Assembly: GCF_006345805.1 (NCBI RefSeq)
Contig: NC_043008.1
Coordinates: 18,662,001 to 18,726,000 of the forward strand
From: Octopus sinensis
Lineage: Eukaryota
Length of the DNA: 64,000 nucleotides
Direction of reading: 5' to 3'
Part shown: positions 23,968 to 37,860 of the stretch, in pieces
Layout: each line of letters opens with the position of its first letter
How positions within the stretch are numbered: the first letter of the stretch is position 1
The notes under the pieces: generated by a model
Databases searched by the model: none
What the model saw: the letters and a program-made list of their open reading frames with translations, nothing else
Told to the model about the DNA's origin: nothing
Program-made: the position numbers and the translations under genes

Positions 23968-24121
23968 TTCTGTGTCTGTGTTTTACGTACCCATAACTTA
24001 GTGGTTTGAAAAAAGTGACCGATAGAATAAGTACTAGGCTTACAAAGAATAAGTCCTGGGGTCGATTTGCTCGACTAAAGGCGGTGCTCCAGCATGGCCG
24101 CAGTCAAATGACTGAAACAAA
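23968..24121 (+). mobile_element. SINE family A, 3' part
   Basis: gaccgatagaataagtactaggcttacaaagaataagtcctggggtcgatttgctcgactaaaggcggtgctccagcatggccgcagtcaaatgactgaaac. Confidence 0.88.
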
Positions 24122-24487
24122 TGACAAGATATAAAGTAGACTAGCCCCATGACAATTTGGTGAATGCCAACAACAGCAACAACAACAATCACCACGAAAA
24201 TTAGCCACACCATAGTCACAACTCGTAAGCTAGATACCAATAGACAACCACAGCAACAACAACAATCTCTCCTACTACTGCCACTACTACTATTACTACT
24301 ACTGATGCTGCTGCTACTACTACTACTATTATTACTTCTTCTTCTTCTTCTTCTTCTTCTACTATTACTACTATTTCAACTAATATTAATACTACTACTT
24401 CTTTTACTAGTGCTATAAATTTTCCTCCTTTTTCTTCTTTTTCTCCTCCTCCTTTTACTTTTACTACTGATACTTCTTGTTCATCTT

Positions 24488-24538
<51 letters not shown>

Positions 24539-24632
24539 TTACTACAACTAATATTTTTAGTACTGCTAATTCTGCTGCTGCTACTGCTGCTGTTATGTCT
24601 ACTACAACTACTACTGCTACTACTACTACTAC

Positions 24633-24670
<38 letters not shown>

Positions 24671-24676
24671 GTAATC

Positions 24677-24787
24677 TTTTCTATTCCAGGCACAAGGCCC
24701 GAAATTGTGGGGGATGGGGCTAGTCGATTAGATCGACCCCAGAAGGCAACTGGTACTTAATTTATCGACTCCGAAAGGATGAAAGGC

Positions 24788-24788
<1 letters not shown>
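24677..24788 (-). mobile_element. SINE family B, 3' part
   Basis: cacaaggcccgaaatt..gtcgattagatcgacccc..actggtacttaatttatcgac.ccgaaaggatgaaaggc. Confidence 0.85.
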
Positions 24789-24837
<49 letters not shown>

Positions 24838-25409
24838 TAATAATAATAATAATAATAATAAAATAATAATAATATAAACTTAATCATAACAGCACCCGGC
24901 TTACAATCATCTTTGCGGTCACTAACATTAGCACCAACAGTGACAATCCAAACCATCACGATCATTTTCAGAATAGCAATCACACCGGCAGGACAACATG
25001 CTACGTCACCCGCTGCCATCACGGGCGACACCTCCACCGTTTACATTGCTCGTTCGCAATTATATTAACCAAGTATATTTTATTTTACATGTTTTAGTAA
25101 TATTTCAATGAAAGGAATTGCATGAGATTATTATAATCCTTCTGGGAATCAGTTTTTTTTTTTAATCAGTCTTGAAGCCGTTTGGTTTTTTTTTTTGGTT
25201 TTATTCTTCTTTTTTTTATTTCTCCATACTTTAATCCGCCGCAATAACATAAGACGGAAACAAGAAAAAAGGAAAAAAAATCAGCGTAGAAATAGCATTC
25301 TGTTTATTCTTCCCATGAGTCATTTCACATAGTCATCAATAATAATTCTGAAAGTTTTTTTTTTTTTTTTTTTTCTGTTTATATTGAAAGTATGCGTGTC
25401 TGTTTGTAG

Positions 25410-25470
25410 GAATGGTGAGAAGGAATTCTCCGACGACGGACTCTACGATTACGTTTCGATTCCCGAGTGA
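25410..25470 (+). CDS. Candidate terminal coding exon (NGEKEFSDDGLYDYVSIPE*), gene not recognised
   Basis: Poly-T tract and tgtttgtAG at 25401-09, then 19 non-repetitive codons and TGA. Confidence 0.35.
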
Positions 25471-25579
25471 AAATATTTACCGCGACGTCTATCGTAAATT
25501 CTCTTTTCAAAATCTAATAGCAGCATGCATAGCACCATTTCAAATACTTCTAAGTAAAATAGAGCTTTGCATACTTATT

Positions 25580-25625
<46 letters not shown>

Positions 25626-26110
25626 CAGCAGTAGTAGTAGTAGTAGTTTTGATTCCCGAGTGAAAATATTTTTCTGCGACGTCTATCGCAAATCCCCTAG
25701 AGTAAGCTAATACTGTTACATATAGACGCATTTCCTATTGTCTACGTGTAATGGAGGTTCCGCGCATTTATTGTTGTAGTAGTGGTAGTAGTAGTAGTAG
25801 TAGTAGTGATTGGTTTCTTCCTGAATCTACTACTTCAGCTTTTATTCCCAGTAAAGTGAAAGTTATCAATCGAGTTTGTTCATAATCCAATTACATAATT
25901 TTTCACTTAATCTCTTCGTTCCCTATGAATCATAGGCCATCGTTGACCTATACTCATTTTCCTCTCTTCTGAACTGTCTTTGCTACAGGGGCTTCAGAAG
26001 GGTAGTCGCTCGTACAGTTTCCTTTCCAATTTGGCAATACCAAAGGTATTCCTTTCCCAACTCTTGCCGGTTTTGAATTGTCATCGATGCTTCTGTAATT
26101 TTCCTGTCTT

Positions 26111-26270
26111 TTTTTTTTCTCGTTTCAGTCATTAGATTGCGACCATGCTGGGGCACCCCCTCGAAGTAATTTTTGTCGAATGAATCGACCCCCGTATTTA
26201 GTCTGGTACTTATTATGTCGTCCACTTTTGTCGAACCACTAATTTCAGATGGGATAAAAACACTAACATC
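26111..26270 (-). mobile_element. Diverged SINE family A-related 3' part
   Basis: gtttcagtcattagattgcgaccatgctggggcacc..gaatcgacccc. Confidence 0.65.
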
Positions 26271-26273
26271 ATA

Positions 26274-26537
26274 CAGTTCTATATTTAAGACGTGATGAAT
26301 TATGTACATTATTTACATTCAACGGGTATTTGTCCTCACCTTGTTTGTTATTAACACAATGTTTCGGCTCATATACCCTCCATCAGGTGTCTTGGGGAAA
26401 TTTCGAACCTGGTTCCTCATTCCTAAGGTATTTTTCGATATTATTATTGTTGTTGTTGTTGTTGTTCAGGTCACAGCTTAGAATCGAACTCGGAATCTTG
26501 GGTGTATTATCCCGCGCTCGTAACCTCTACGCCATAT
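26274..26537 (-). mobile_element. tRNA-headed SINE (family F) with a hammerhead-derived 3' half
   Basis: Minus: tggcgtagagg (A box) ..gagttcgattc (B box), (aac/aat)n linker, then gacac-ctgatg..gagcc-gaaac-att-gtgtt. The 3' part matches 59202-59364 and the head matches 56670-56737. Confidence 0.75.
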
Positions 26538-27507
26538 GAGTTCAAGTATCCGTCGAATGTAAATAATGTAAATAATGAAAAGATGTACACTAACATCAAT
26601 TCGTACGCACACACATGCACAAATACACACACACACGCACACACACACACAAATAAATAAATATATATATATATATATATATAATATATATATATATATA
26701 CAAAGAGAGAGAGAGAAGCGTTACCTAACGGCTCGGCAACTGGAGGTCAATAGAATAAACACTAAACTGAAGCATTTGTATTTAGGTGTGGTCCTCATGA
26801 TAAATTTAATTAGTGATTTTTCCCCAGCATCGTCACAATCGAATGTTTTGAACTTGTAAATGAATCTAAAGAATAACCTTTGTATAATTTCCCCATTATT
26901 TTTCCCTGTTCTCATCACCACCTTAATTTGTATTATCCTCACTATTATAATCATCATTGACATAATCCAATCACTTTTGTCACAACATCCAACACTACAG
27001 TGATGACACAGGTCTGCGGCCAAAAAATTATTTCACATTTATGATCAATTTTTACTTGCTGATTTAAAAAATTACAGAGATACTATTCTATCATGTACAG
27101 TTATTTTCACAAAATCGATCATTAAATTTGACTATTATGCTCGAATTTGACTATTGTCTTTTATTATTACCATTGATTGCCATATTTAAATAGAATATAA
27201 ACGTATAACTAATAGGCGTAATTTCGCAAAAATAAGTGTCTGGCTACCTTTAGAACACTGAGAGTGTTCCTGAGAGATGTGCCCGCTTCATTGTAGCTTC
27301 AGTCGCACGCAAGTATTGAGGAGGGAAAGACACGCTTTACCAGGCCATGTTGCAAAGGTTAAATACTTAGGTTAAAACGTAATCTTTTCATTTCGTTTGT
27401 TACCTCACGACATTGTTTCAATGTATATATATATGTATGTATGTATATACATATACATATATATACATATATATATATGTATATGTATATACATACATAC
27501 ATATATA

Positions 27508-27581
<74 letters not shown>

Positions 27582-27734
27582 TGCATGCATTTATTGTGCC
27601 ATAAATTACATTTCAATACTTCTTTAGTGATATTATGTATATATTTAGAAGGTAAATCAAATATGTGCCATTAAAAATGTCCACTTCGCCTTTCTTTGAA
27701 GACCTCCATATTTGAAGCAAGGATTGCTTCTAAG

Positions 27735-28720
27735 TGTGCAGCAAGCCCGGATAACTTTGCGTTATATTTGTGACGCACTTATGATTAAGATATGCCAGAA
27801 ACACATAACTGTATTTGTCAAAATATCTTACTGTGTCTATTTTAGTGTGAAATTAAGAGACGTAGCTGTACTTCAGGTAATAACTACGCTTCCAACCCTA
27901 TTGGAACTTCAGAGATGATGAAGGAAACATGAATATTAGATGTCAGTATTACACATGATTGAATTCGAAGATCACAGCTGGATGATTTGCGGCGAGTTAA
28001 AAATAAGTTACCTGTTGCTTGAACAACACTGAAGAAGCACAAACTTTCCTTGTATCTTGAGTGAATGGCACAGTAGAGCTAGGAAACTCCATTCGTCTAA
28101 AAAAAAATGGCTAATTTGGGATTCGCTTACACCGGGAACAAAGAATGTGTTCCGAAAAGGGTTATTTTTCTTTCTCTACATATATAAACTTGACCTCGTG
28201 AAGCAATTCGTAAAAGCTTTACCAATGGGCGTAGAGGGCTTCAAGTATTTACGTAGCACGTTTCCTGTTCTCTCAGACGCTAAGGTTGAAGAAGGTGTAT
28301 TTGTAGGACCTGATATAAAGAAACTCGTCGTGGATGAAAATTTTGAAATCTTTCTTAGCGATTCTGAAACAGATACATAGATTAGTTTGAAAGATGTGAA
28401 GAACTTTTTGGGAAATCAAAAGGATCCAAACAACGAAGACATGTTGGGAAGAATGCTGGACACGTTTGATGTCTTCAGATATAAAATAAGTATTAAAGCT
28501 CATTTCGTACATGCCTATTTGGATTTCTTTCCGGGAAACCAGAGGTGAGTGATTGAGGAGCTGTGAGAAATGTTTCGTCAAGACATAAAACAGATGAATA
28601 GAAGATACCAGCGATAATAGAATGTCAATATGATACCCGATTACTGATGTACCGTGCATGTCCATTAAACGCTCACAAGCGAAAGAGTTCTAGACGTACT
28701 TTCCAATCGGAAAATATTTT
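27735..28720 (+). pseudogene. Decayed DDE transposase, Chapaev/Transib-like (CMC), internally deleted
   Basis: Peptides YICD..YFSVKLRD; HSWMICGELK; EWHSRAR; YKLDLVKQFVKAL; FKYLRSTFPVLSDAKVEEGVFVGPDIKKLV; KNFLGNQKDPN. The superfamily name comes from memory of this motif set. Confidence 0.7.
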
Positions 28721-29392
28721 GAGGTACTGGACATAAAAATGGAATGAACCATCGCAAAAATCTATTTTCTCATGTTTCAATGGCATTTCGGCCATTTTAT
28801 TTTGCTAAATAAAGTACCAAATTCATTTTTATTGGTTTCATTTTTTCCTATCATATGTGGATTTACCTGCAAATTATAGTATATTTTATCATTCAATTGT
28901 GAGAAAACTTTCAATAATGGGAAATAGCATTTTGATATTCCGAATTTGTGCCACAATAATATCTAAAATAACACAAAATTATCAAAGCAAATTTTCAAAA
29001 AAGTTCCATCTCGTAGACCTGCGTTATCATTCCTCATTATCAATGCCATGTTGTCCCCAGCATCGTTTTCATCAACATAATCCCCATCATCAACATATCA
29101 ACACCATCATTGTCATGATCACTATCATCATCATCATTATCATGATCGTCGTCTTCATCATCACCATCATCACCGTCGTCGTCATCCTCATTGCCCCTTC
29201 ATGATCGCTATCATCTACATCATCCTCATCAACACATCATCGGCATCATCATAATTTTTGCATCCCCATCATCGTTCTCATCCTTCCCTTCCTCCTCCTC
29301 CCCACCTCATCATCATCATAATTGAGGTTACCAATATTTATTTTGTTTAGACTACGATGGATTTCTGAGCATACATAATTCATTGCGCTGTC

Positions 29393-29429
<37 letters not shown>

Positions 29430-29453
29430 CATATATACATAAATATATATTCT

Positions 29454-29501
<48 letters not shown>

Positions 29502-30510
29502 TCTCAGATCATTCACCAATGACTAATACACATCTGAGTCTACAGCTATAACGATATGATTATATTCTGATTTGTTCTTGTTTAACAGAACATTCTCGTA
29601 CATGGATTGATGGAGTAGATATGAAATAATTCTAGAATATATCTGGTCCCATTTCAAAATGATAGAACGAAATGATCACATTATGATTTCATTTTATTTA
29701 ATGTTTTTTTTTTGTGTCTTGTTTTTCTTTTATCGTTTACTATTTTTATTTCATTTTAAAATTCCGCAACTACATAAAATTTATCAAGGTTGTGATCTGA
29801 TACTTTTGAAAGTTTGCGATTAATACGTTATTAAATATGCCAGGATTTTCTAAAGTTAAAACGAATGAAGAGTCAACGATGCTATTTTAGGAAACTGAGA
29901 ATTCGATTATAGAACTTTAAATATGTAACACTAGGATATGATATTATGTTTTATATAAAAACATTTCCTAGGTAAAAATGAGTGTGCTTGGAGAGAGAAT
30001 GTGTGTGCCTGCATGATTTAAAATAGCAACTACGAACAGGAAATTTGGTAGTTTAGTTAAGGTGTCTGCAGATCTCACAAATTTTGAGATTTTTGCTATT
30101 TTAAGCCAAGAGTAGATTAAATTTACGCTTTAACGATTGGTGTTTAGTACTTGACAATTAATGCGAGTATAACTAGCAATATTAATTGTTTTCTGTCTTT
30201 TCTATGTCTTATGTGAGTAATAGGATATAACAACAGCCTGCTCTTATCATTTTGTTACTATTCTGATGCTAGTATTTTCACTTCATACGTCATACTTTCT
30301 GGGTATTTTTTTATGGTAATATTATTATATTCAGTGACATTTCTTGTTATTTATATACGTAAGAAATTGCTTTAGAAAATTCGAACGTTTTCCATCTCGA
30401 ATTCTACCCCTTTAAAATGACGTAACAATGGCACCTCAAGGAATGTATTTACTGTTTTTGGAAACAGGGTAAAACTTATCTCAGGTTATCTAAGCTCTTT
30501 CTCTTTTTGC

Positions 30511-30927
30511 TCTTTTACTTGTTTCAGTCATTTGACTGTGGCCATGCTGGAGCACCGCCTTTTAGTCGAGAAAATCGACCCCAGGACTTATTCTTTGTAA
30601 GCCTAGTACTTATTCTATCGGTCTCTGTTGCCGAACCGCTAAGTTACGGGGACGTAAACACACCAGTGTCGGTTGTCAAGTGATGTTGTTGGGGGGGGAG
30701 ACAAACACAGACACATAAACATATACACACACATACATATACATATACATATAAACATATATACGACAGGCTTCTTTCAGTTTCCGTCTACGAAATCCAC
30801 TCACAAAGGCTTGGTTGGCTCGAGGCTATAGTAGAAGACATCTGCCCAAGGTGCCACGCAGTGGGACTGAACCCGGAACCATGTGGTTCGTAAGCAAGCT
30901 ACTTACCACACAGCCACTCCTACGCCT
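30511..30927 (-). mobile_element. Full-length tRNA-derived SINE, family A
   Basis: Minus head aggcgtaggagtggctgtgtggtaag (A box) ..ccgggttcagtccc (B box), internal (CA/TA)n, tail ending aagtaaaaga. Confidence 0.92.
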
Positions 30928-30958
30928 ATTTATTATTTGTTTATTATTTTATTTATTA

Positions 30959-31253
30959 CTAGCAGCATCGCCCGGCGTTGCTCGGGTTTGTAAGGGAAAT
31001 AACTATATAAGCATTTTTAGAGAGTTATAGCCAAAAAAAGCAAAAAAATGCATTGAAAATGGAAAAAAAATTATGGTAATTTTTTTTTAAATCGTAGACT
31101 CATCGTAGACGCGCGCTAATACCCAGAAGGGCTCGATATGAATCACGACTATAAGATACCCGGTTTTGGTTAAACTACACCGCAAAATGTAGGAGTAGTT
31201 AGGAATCTAAATCGTAGGAGACAGACACACAACTTCTCTTTTATATATAAAGA
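30959..31253 (-). mobile_element. Non-autonomous Helitron (~295 bp)
   Basis: Minus strand: A|TCtttatatataaaag 5' end; 3' hairpin cccgagcaacgccggg followed by gctgCTAG|T. Inserted between A and T, no TSD. Confidence 0.85.
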
Positions 31254-31478
31254 TTTATAAGTATTTATAAAAACCTATTTATTATATTATTTCGTAGTTA
31301 AAACCATCATTGCTGGAAGTCAGATTGATAGCTGTAAGAAGCAATTTCAACAAACAAAACCACAAGTATATTATAATTGTGCTTATTGTAGTTTAGCCAC
31401 AGCTCAAAGCTGATAAAGTAGATACATAACCCAAAGTATTCTGCACAACAAAATCATTTGAAGATATATCAACCGTTG

Positions 31479-31602
31479 TGAAGGCGCGTGGATCAGAGGT
31501 TAGGTCGTTGGCCTCATGATCGTAAGATTGTAGTTTCCGTTCCTGGTCAGGGTGATACGTTGTGTTGTTGAATAAAATTCTTCATTTCACGTTGATCCAG
31601 TC
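31479..31602 (+). mobile_element. SINE family D head (diverged)
   Basis: ggcgcgtgg..ggttagg..catgatcgtaagattgtagtttc..ttcctgg. Confidence 0.7.
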
Positions 31603-31603
31603 G

Positions 31604-31659
31604 TAATTAACCCAAGGCTGGAACCTAGAGAACTACTGCTACTACTACTGCTGCTGCTG

Positions 31660-31706
<47 letters not shown>

Positions 31707-31795
31707 GCTACTACTACTACTACTACTATTGATAATAATAATAATAGTATTATTATTATTATTAGTAGTAGTAGTAGTAGTAGTTGTGGTGGTGT

Positions 31796-31826
<31 letters not shown>

Positions 31827-31827
31827 T

Positions 31828-31859
<32 letters not shown>

Positions 31860-31887
31860 TCTCTAGGTCCCAGCCATGGATTAATTA
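31604..31887. repeat. Fold-back: 33-bp inverted arms around inverted (CTA)n/(TAG)n tracts
   Basis: 31604-36 versus 31855-87, 3 mismatches. Confidence 0.85.
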
Positions 31888-32098
31888 GGATGTTAGTGTG
31901 CCTACTAATGGGCACGATCGGGATGGCACTGACGTATTAGAGGTGGGAGGGATGATGATGATGGAGAGTAAAGAGGACCTCGTGACTCTGCCTTATGTTA
32001 GAAAACAACATTTCCAAGATGTGTGACTGACCGCAAACATTCTATTTATTACATATTGTTATTGTATACTTATCTTTCTTATTCAAATTATCTCTATC

Positions 32099-32527
32099 GC
32101 TTTCTTATTTCCCTATTGCCCACAAGGGGCTAAACATTGAGGAGATAAACAATGACAGACAAATGGATTAAGTCGATTATATCAACCCCAGTGCGTAACT
32201 GGTACTTAATTTATCGACCCCGAAAGAATGAAAGGCAAATCCGACCTCGGTGAAATTTGAACTCAGAACGTAACGCCAGACGAAATACCTATTTCTTTAC
32301 TGCCCACAAGAGGCTAAACACAGTGAGGACAAACAAGCAAGGACAGACAAACGGATTAAGTCTATTATATCGACCCCAGTACTTAACTGGTACTTAATTT
32401 ATCGATCCCGAAACGAGGAAAGGCAAAGTCGACTGCGGCGGAATTTGAACTCAGAATGTAACGGCAGACGAAATACTGTTAAGCATTTCGCCCGGCGTGG
32501 TAACGTTTCTGCCAGCTCGCCGCCTTT
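32099..32527 (-). mobile_element. tRNA-derived SINE, family B, with internal duplication
   Basis: Minus head aaggcggcgagctggcagaaacgttaccacgccgggcgaaatgcttaac. Confidence 0.9.
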
Positions 32528-33179
32528 CGCTTTTTACCAGCCTATCGCTTTCTACCAACCATACACACTTCTGATAATGATACTAATTATACTCTGTCAT
32601 GTATTCTAGTAACTACAGCTAGTTATAACTTGACTCACATAGCGCTGAGTTTAAAAAAAGATATTACACGAACTGTATGTAAAGCAATGCCAAATATTGT
32701 TTCAGCTTTTTAATACACATAAGAATGGCTTTGAACATTTTTCTACACATCTTAGGTTTGTGTATTATTTTCCGCAGCACGTAGAATATTCTTAGAAATC
32801 GAATTATTGCAATAAATTGCTTTCCCTTTATGTATCCTTATTTATGATTGATGTTGTTGTAACGAGTGCGTGTGTGTATGTGTGTGTGTGTGTGTGTGTG
32901 TACTTACTGTGTTTTCCACATACTACGTAAAGCTTGTTGCTTAGATTACCTGGCTGGAAATAAAGACCTTTTCAACGTCACATACTAAATTTCTATGATT
33001 AAATCAACGCTTAAAAACTACACCTTTTCATTCAAACAACATATGTTTATTTCTCAACAATGAATATTTACAAGTGTTTCGCTTAGAAGCGAAAAATATG
33101 AACTTGCATATTCTTGTGTGGGTGAATGTGAATGCAAATATGCATTATACACACATACACACATACATACACACAACAT

Positions 33180-33290
<111 letters not shown>

Positions 33291-33291
33291 C

Positions 33292-33328
<37 letters not shown>

Positions 33329-34371
33329 CATATGTGTGTGCTGTATGTACCTGTGTATATGCATTATATGTATGGGTGTATATATATGCATGCATGTATT
33401 TATGTTTATCTCTATGTATGTATATAATCATTGATAGACGGGTTGGTGTTTAGGAATATACATACACGTGTGCATATGTATGCAAGCGTGTGTATGCAAG
33501 CGTGTCTGTATGCACGAATCCATGTGTGCATTTCGTATTATTAATGGCATTATTATTAGTGGTATTAGTAATGGTATTTCATATTATTTTAAACAATTGT
33601 ACACAGAAAAGATAATATATTTTCTGAATTATTATAGGAACTTTGTCAATAAATTGAAATACACATCTAAGACGAATGCAGTTAATTACACACCATAAGA
33701 TTATCTTTTTGCTTAACGCTTTTTTTTTTCTTCTTATATTTATTCCTCCGTACTTTGCTTTTTCCCAATAGCCTAATCGTTATTTGCTTTCAATAACCGC
33801 AGATTGTGAACAACCCAGCTTATCCTTAATTTATTTTGCTTTCTCTATTCTCTTTTTTTTTTATTCAATATTATTATTTTCCTGTTCATTTCCTTCTTCT
33901 AAATAAAGCAATGTCGACTATACAATTCTCGTTGTGTTGTAAAACTTCTTTTCAGAAATGTTTGTTGAAAACATTTGACGTTATTAGAAATCTTACACGG
34001 TTCCGTTTAAACAACGGTAGATTTGCAAGTCTTTTTCTAATGACCTCATCCGAATAGCTCCTAACCTCTTTAGAGAGGCAGCCTCTTATTAAATACTTTT
34101 AGAAGAGACTGTAACCTATTTAAAGACTTCCGAAAATAGAAAGACAACAAAAACTGAAAATAGTTTTCATTAATTCACTTAGGAATCTAACTTTATACTG
34201 TAAATTCTGCAATAACTTCGCTGTCTGCATCCCGCATATTCTTCAAAAACACTACTTCCTTTTGAGTACGTGAATAATCAAAATATGCGTGAGTATATAT
34301 ATATATATATATATACACATATTTGTGTGTGTGTGTTTGTGTGTGTGTGTGTATGTATATATATATATATA

Positions 34372-34750
34372 CTCTTTTACTTGTTTCAGTCATTTGACTG
34401 CGGCCATGCTGGAGCACCGCCTTTAGTCGAGGAACTCGACCCCGGGACTTATTCTTTTTGTAAGCCCAGTACTTATTCTATCGGTCTCTTTTTGCCGAAC
34501 CGCTAAGTGACGGGGACGTAAACACAACAGCATCGGTTGTCAAGCATTGCTAGGGTAACAAACATAGACACACAAACACACATACATGCATATATATATA
34601 TATATATATATACGTATATACGACAGGCTTCTTTCAGTTTCCGTCTGCCAAATCCACTCACAAGGCATTGGTCGGCCCGGGGCTATAGCAGAAGACACTT
34701 GCCCAAGATGCCACGCAGTGAGACTGAACCCGGAACCATGTGGTTGGTTA
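34372..34750 (-). mobile_element. tRNA-derived SINE, family A
   Basis: Near full-length match. Confidence 0.9.
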
Positions 34751-35811
34751 TGTACTTTGTTCTTATTAACTTCCCTCTGTATATTGACGGGGTCTGAAGG
34801 GAAAGGAACAGAACGGTTTTTGACTGGTGACAAAAGCCATATCGGTGGATTTTAATTTATGCTCAACGTCACTCATAATTAAGATGACTTTAGTTCTAGT
34901 AATTTAATTCAAAATTACCCTTGATTTCAATTAGCCTCTGCGGTTACCGTTTTGTATCAAACGGTACAGATTATTTCGAATTACTCTACACAAAATATAT
35001 GTATGTGTGTATAAATTTTAGATTTCAGAAATGATATAGTAAGCATAGTTGGCGAATTCTACATACATGTCCGCTTACATACGTGCAAGCATATATGCCT
35101 ACATGCAAGCAAACCTACACACATACATGCATGCATGCATACATACATACATACATACATACATCATACATACATACATACATACATACATATACATGAC
35201 ATACATACATACATACATACATACATACATACATACATACATACATACATACATACATACATGTATAAGTGTTAAGGGAGGCCTCTTTATTTAAAGTTGT
35301 ATGAGAAATTAAAACAAAAGGTTTCGTTCTAGTTTGCCACTTTTAGTAAAGTTTTTCATATTTTGGAACTGTAAATTCCCGAAATCCATCATCGAAAATA
35401 CTAGACTATTACAATGCAAATTCCAAGAACAGGAAGTTGTGAACAAAAGCTATTCTTGGACATCATCAAAACAGATTATAAAGCAAGACCGGAGAATGAC
35501 TGTGCATTAAATTATTAGAATCCATTCTTTGGTTTTGTGTCATTTTCCGACTGCGTATTGTTTTGAAATCAGTGATCTTTTGAAGCAGGAATTTTCAGTT
35601 AATGTTTCAAAATTTATCTATGCCAAATTATGCAGAATTGCTAAAATACTTGATACTTTTTTTTTTAATCCATTTAGTGGTTTACATTTGTTGCTGCGAG
35701 ATTTGAGAATTCTTCATTGCCAACGCATTGTGAGTAATTTATGAATAAAGATGAAAGGATACACAAAAAAAAGTTAAAAGTAGGACATTGTTTTATATCA
35801 AATACACATCC

Positions 35812-35907
<96 letters not shown>

Positions 35908-35986
35908 GATATATTATATACATAAACATATATATTTGCATCTATATTTATATACACATATGTATATATATGCATATATATATATG

Positions 35987-36036
<50 letters not shown>

Positions 36037-36121
36037 GCATATATATACATGCATATATATATGCATATATATATACGTATATATCTATCTATCTATCTAT
36101 ATATATATAATATATATATAT

Positions 36122-36154
<33 letters not shown>

Positions 36155-36332
36155 ATGTACATACATACGTATATCTAATCTACACATGCGCATATATATT
36201 TATAGATACAACGCACATGTGTGCAACTGTTTATAATATATATGTGTGTTTGCTTATATATATATAAATACATACATGCAAACATACATACATATATATA
36301 TATTTATATATATATATAAATACATACATGCA

Positions 36333-36390
<58 letters not shown>

Positions 36391-37623
36391 CACGCATACA
36401 TACACAGTAAGAGGTAGGAAGATTATTGTCGAGATTAAGAGAAATCCCACGAGTGTATGATGAGTTTATATTTATCAGCACTCATAAAATAATTATATGT
36501 GTCAGAGTACGAAATCGTATCGAAAGTAAGCCATAAGTTCACACGATCAATATATAAATAAACTGGGTAATATTATACAACGGGAAAATGATCTTCTTTA
36601 TGCATAAGCTCTTTCGTTTCTGAATACCCATGGAGAAAGTACAAGAGCACTCAATAAATATATGGCAATACACAGATATTTCCAGTAATATAGCGCAAAA
36701 TCAAATATATTTTGATAAATTTGTCCTTGTGGATACACATACAGGAGATTTCTTTTCCCTTAATTAATGAAGCAAAAGCTGTTTCACTGCTTTATATAGC
36801 AAACCCTCAAGCACACATGCACACCCATGTGCACACATGCGCGCGCGACACAAACACACACAGACGCACGCACACATACATACACAAGCGACCGCACACA
36901 CGCGCACATACAAACACGCACACACATACACTCACACAACATACGGACGCACACACACACATGCATACATGCGCACGCACGTACACATACACACGCGCAC
37001 TTACACACACATACTAGCACACATACACACGCAGACAGACTCACACACATTTACACGCAGATATACACATGCCTTTGTGTGTGTGTGTGATTACTGAAAA
37101 TAATGAGTACAACAAAATATATATTTTTTCGTGTGTTCGGATGCATGAAAATGTTTACATTTTTTTGCAACTATTTCTTTTAAATAGAACATTATGACTC
37201 CAATCCAGAACTTCAGATCATTTGATTTTTTTGTAAATAGCCGAAAATGCACATTACATTAAACGCGGTCCAACAGCGTGTTCTTAAATGCATTAGTGTC
37301 ATTAGTTCCATCAGCAAAAGGAAGTGATGGTAACAACTATTTTCAACAAAGCAGGATACCTGAAATTTGGTGGATTAGAATAGCCAATTGCTCTTCCACC
37401 ATCCCCAGTACCCAACTCATGCGTCCCCGGAGGTAAACATGGCATCGACCAGAAGTGATCTATGAGCGTAAAGAACCAGATGATGTATTACAAAATATTT
37501 TAACCGACGTTCTGACGATGTTGTCAGTCTATCACCCCAAAAGAAATTGAGTTAAATAATAGTGAGTTCTGCATCACAAAGGATCATGAGCATATGTTCA
37601 CAACCACTAAAATCATCAACGAT

Positions 37624-37828
37624 TTATTTATTTATTTATGCGCCATTTTCAAGCCTAGCCAGGCTCATGGGCGCGGTTTTCCGGTTTCTATGGTGTATGT
37701 GTTTCCCCCCAGCTGGACGGGACGCCAGTCCGTCGCAGCGTTACTCAAGAAACAGGAAGCAAGTGTGAGAGAAAGTTGGGGCGAAAGAGTACAACAGGGG
37801 TCACCACCACTCCCTGCCGGAGACTCCT
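37624..37828 (-). mobile_element. SINE of the family D/E group (V-core-like segment)
   Basis: Shares aagcctagccaggctcatggg..cagctggacgggacgccagtcc.tcgcagcg with 46661 and gtgagagaaagtt..gcgaaagagt with 48928. Confidence 0.8.
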
Positions 37829-37860
37829 ATTGGGAGTGTGTTAGTAATTTGGCTACGATG

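Noticed and set aside
35270-35760. Mariner-like HTH fragment (QIIKQDRRMTVH)
   Set aside because: Only one short peptide resemblance, too degraded to call.
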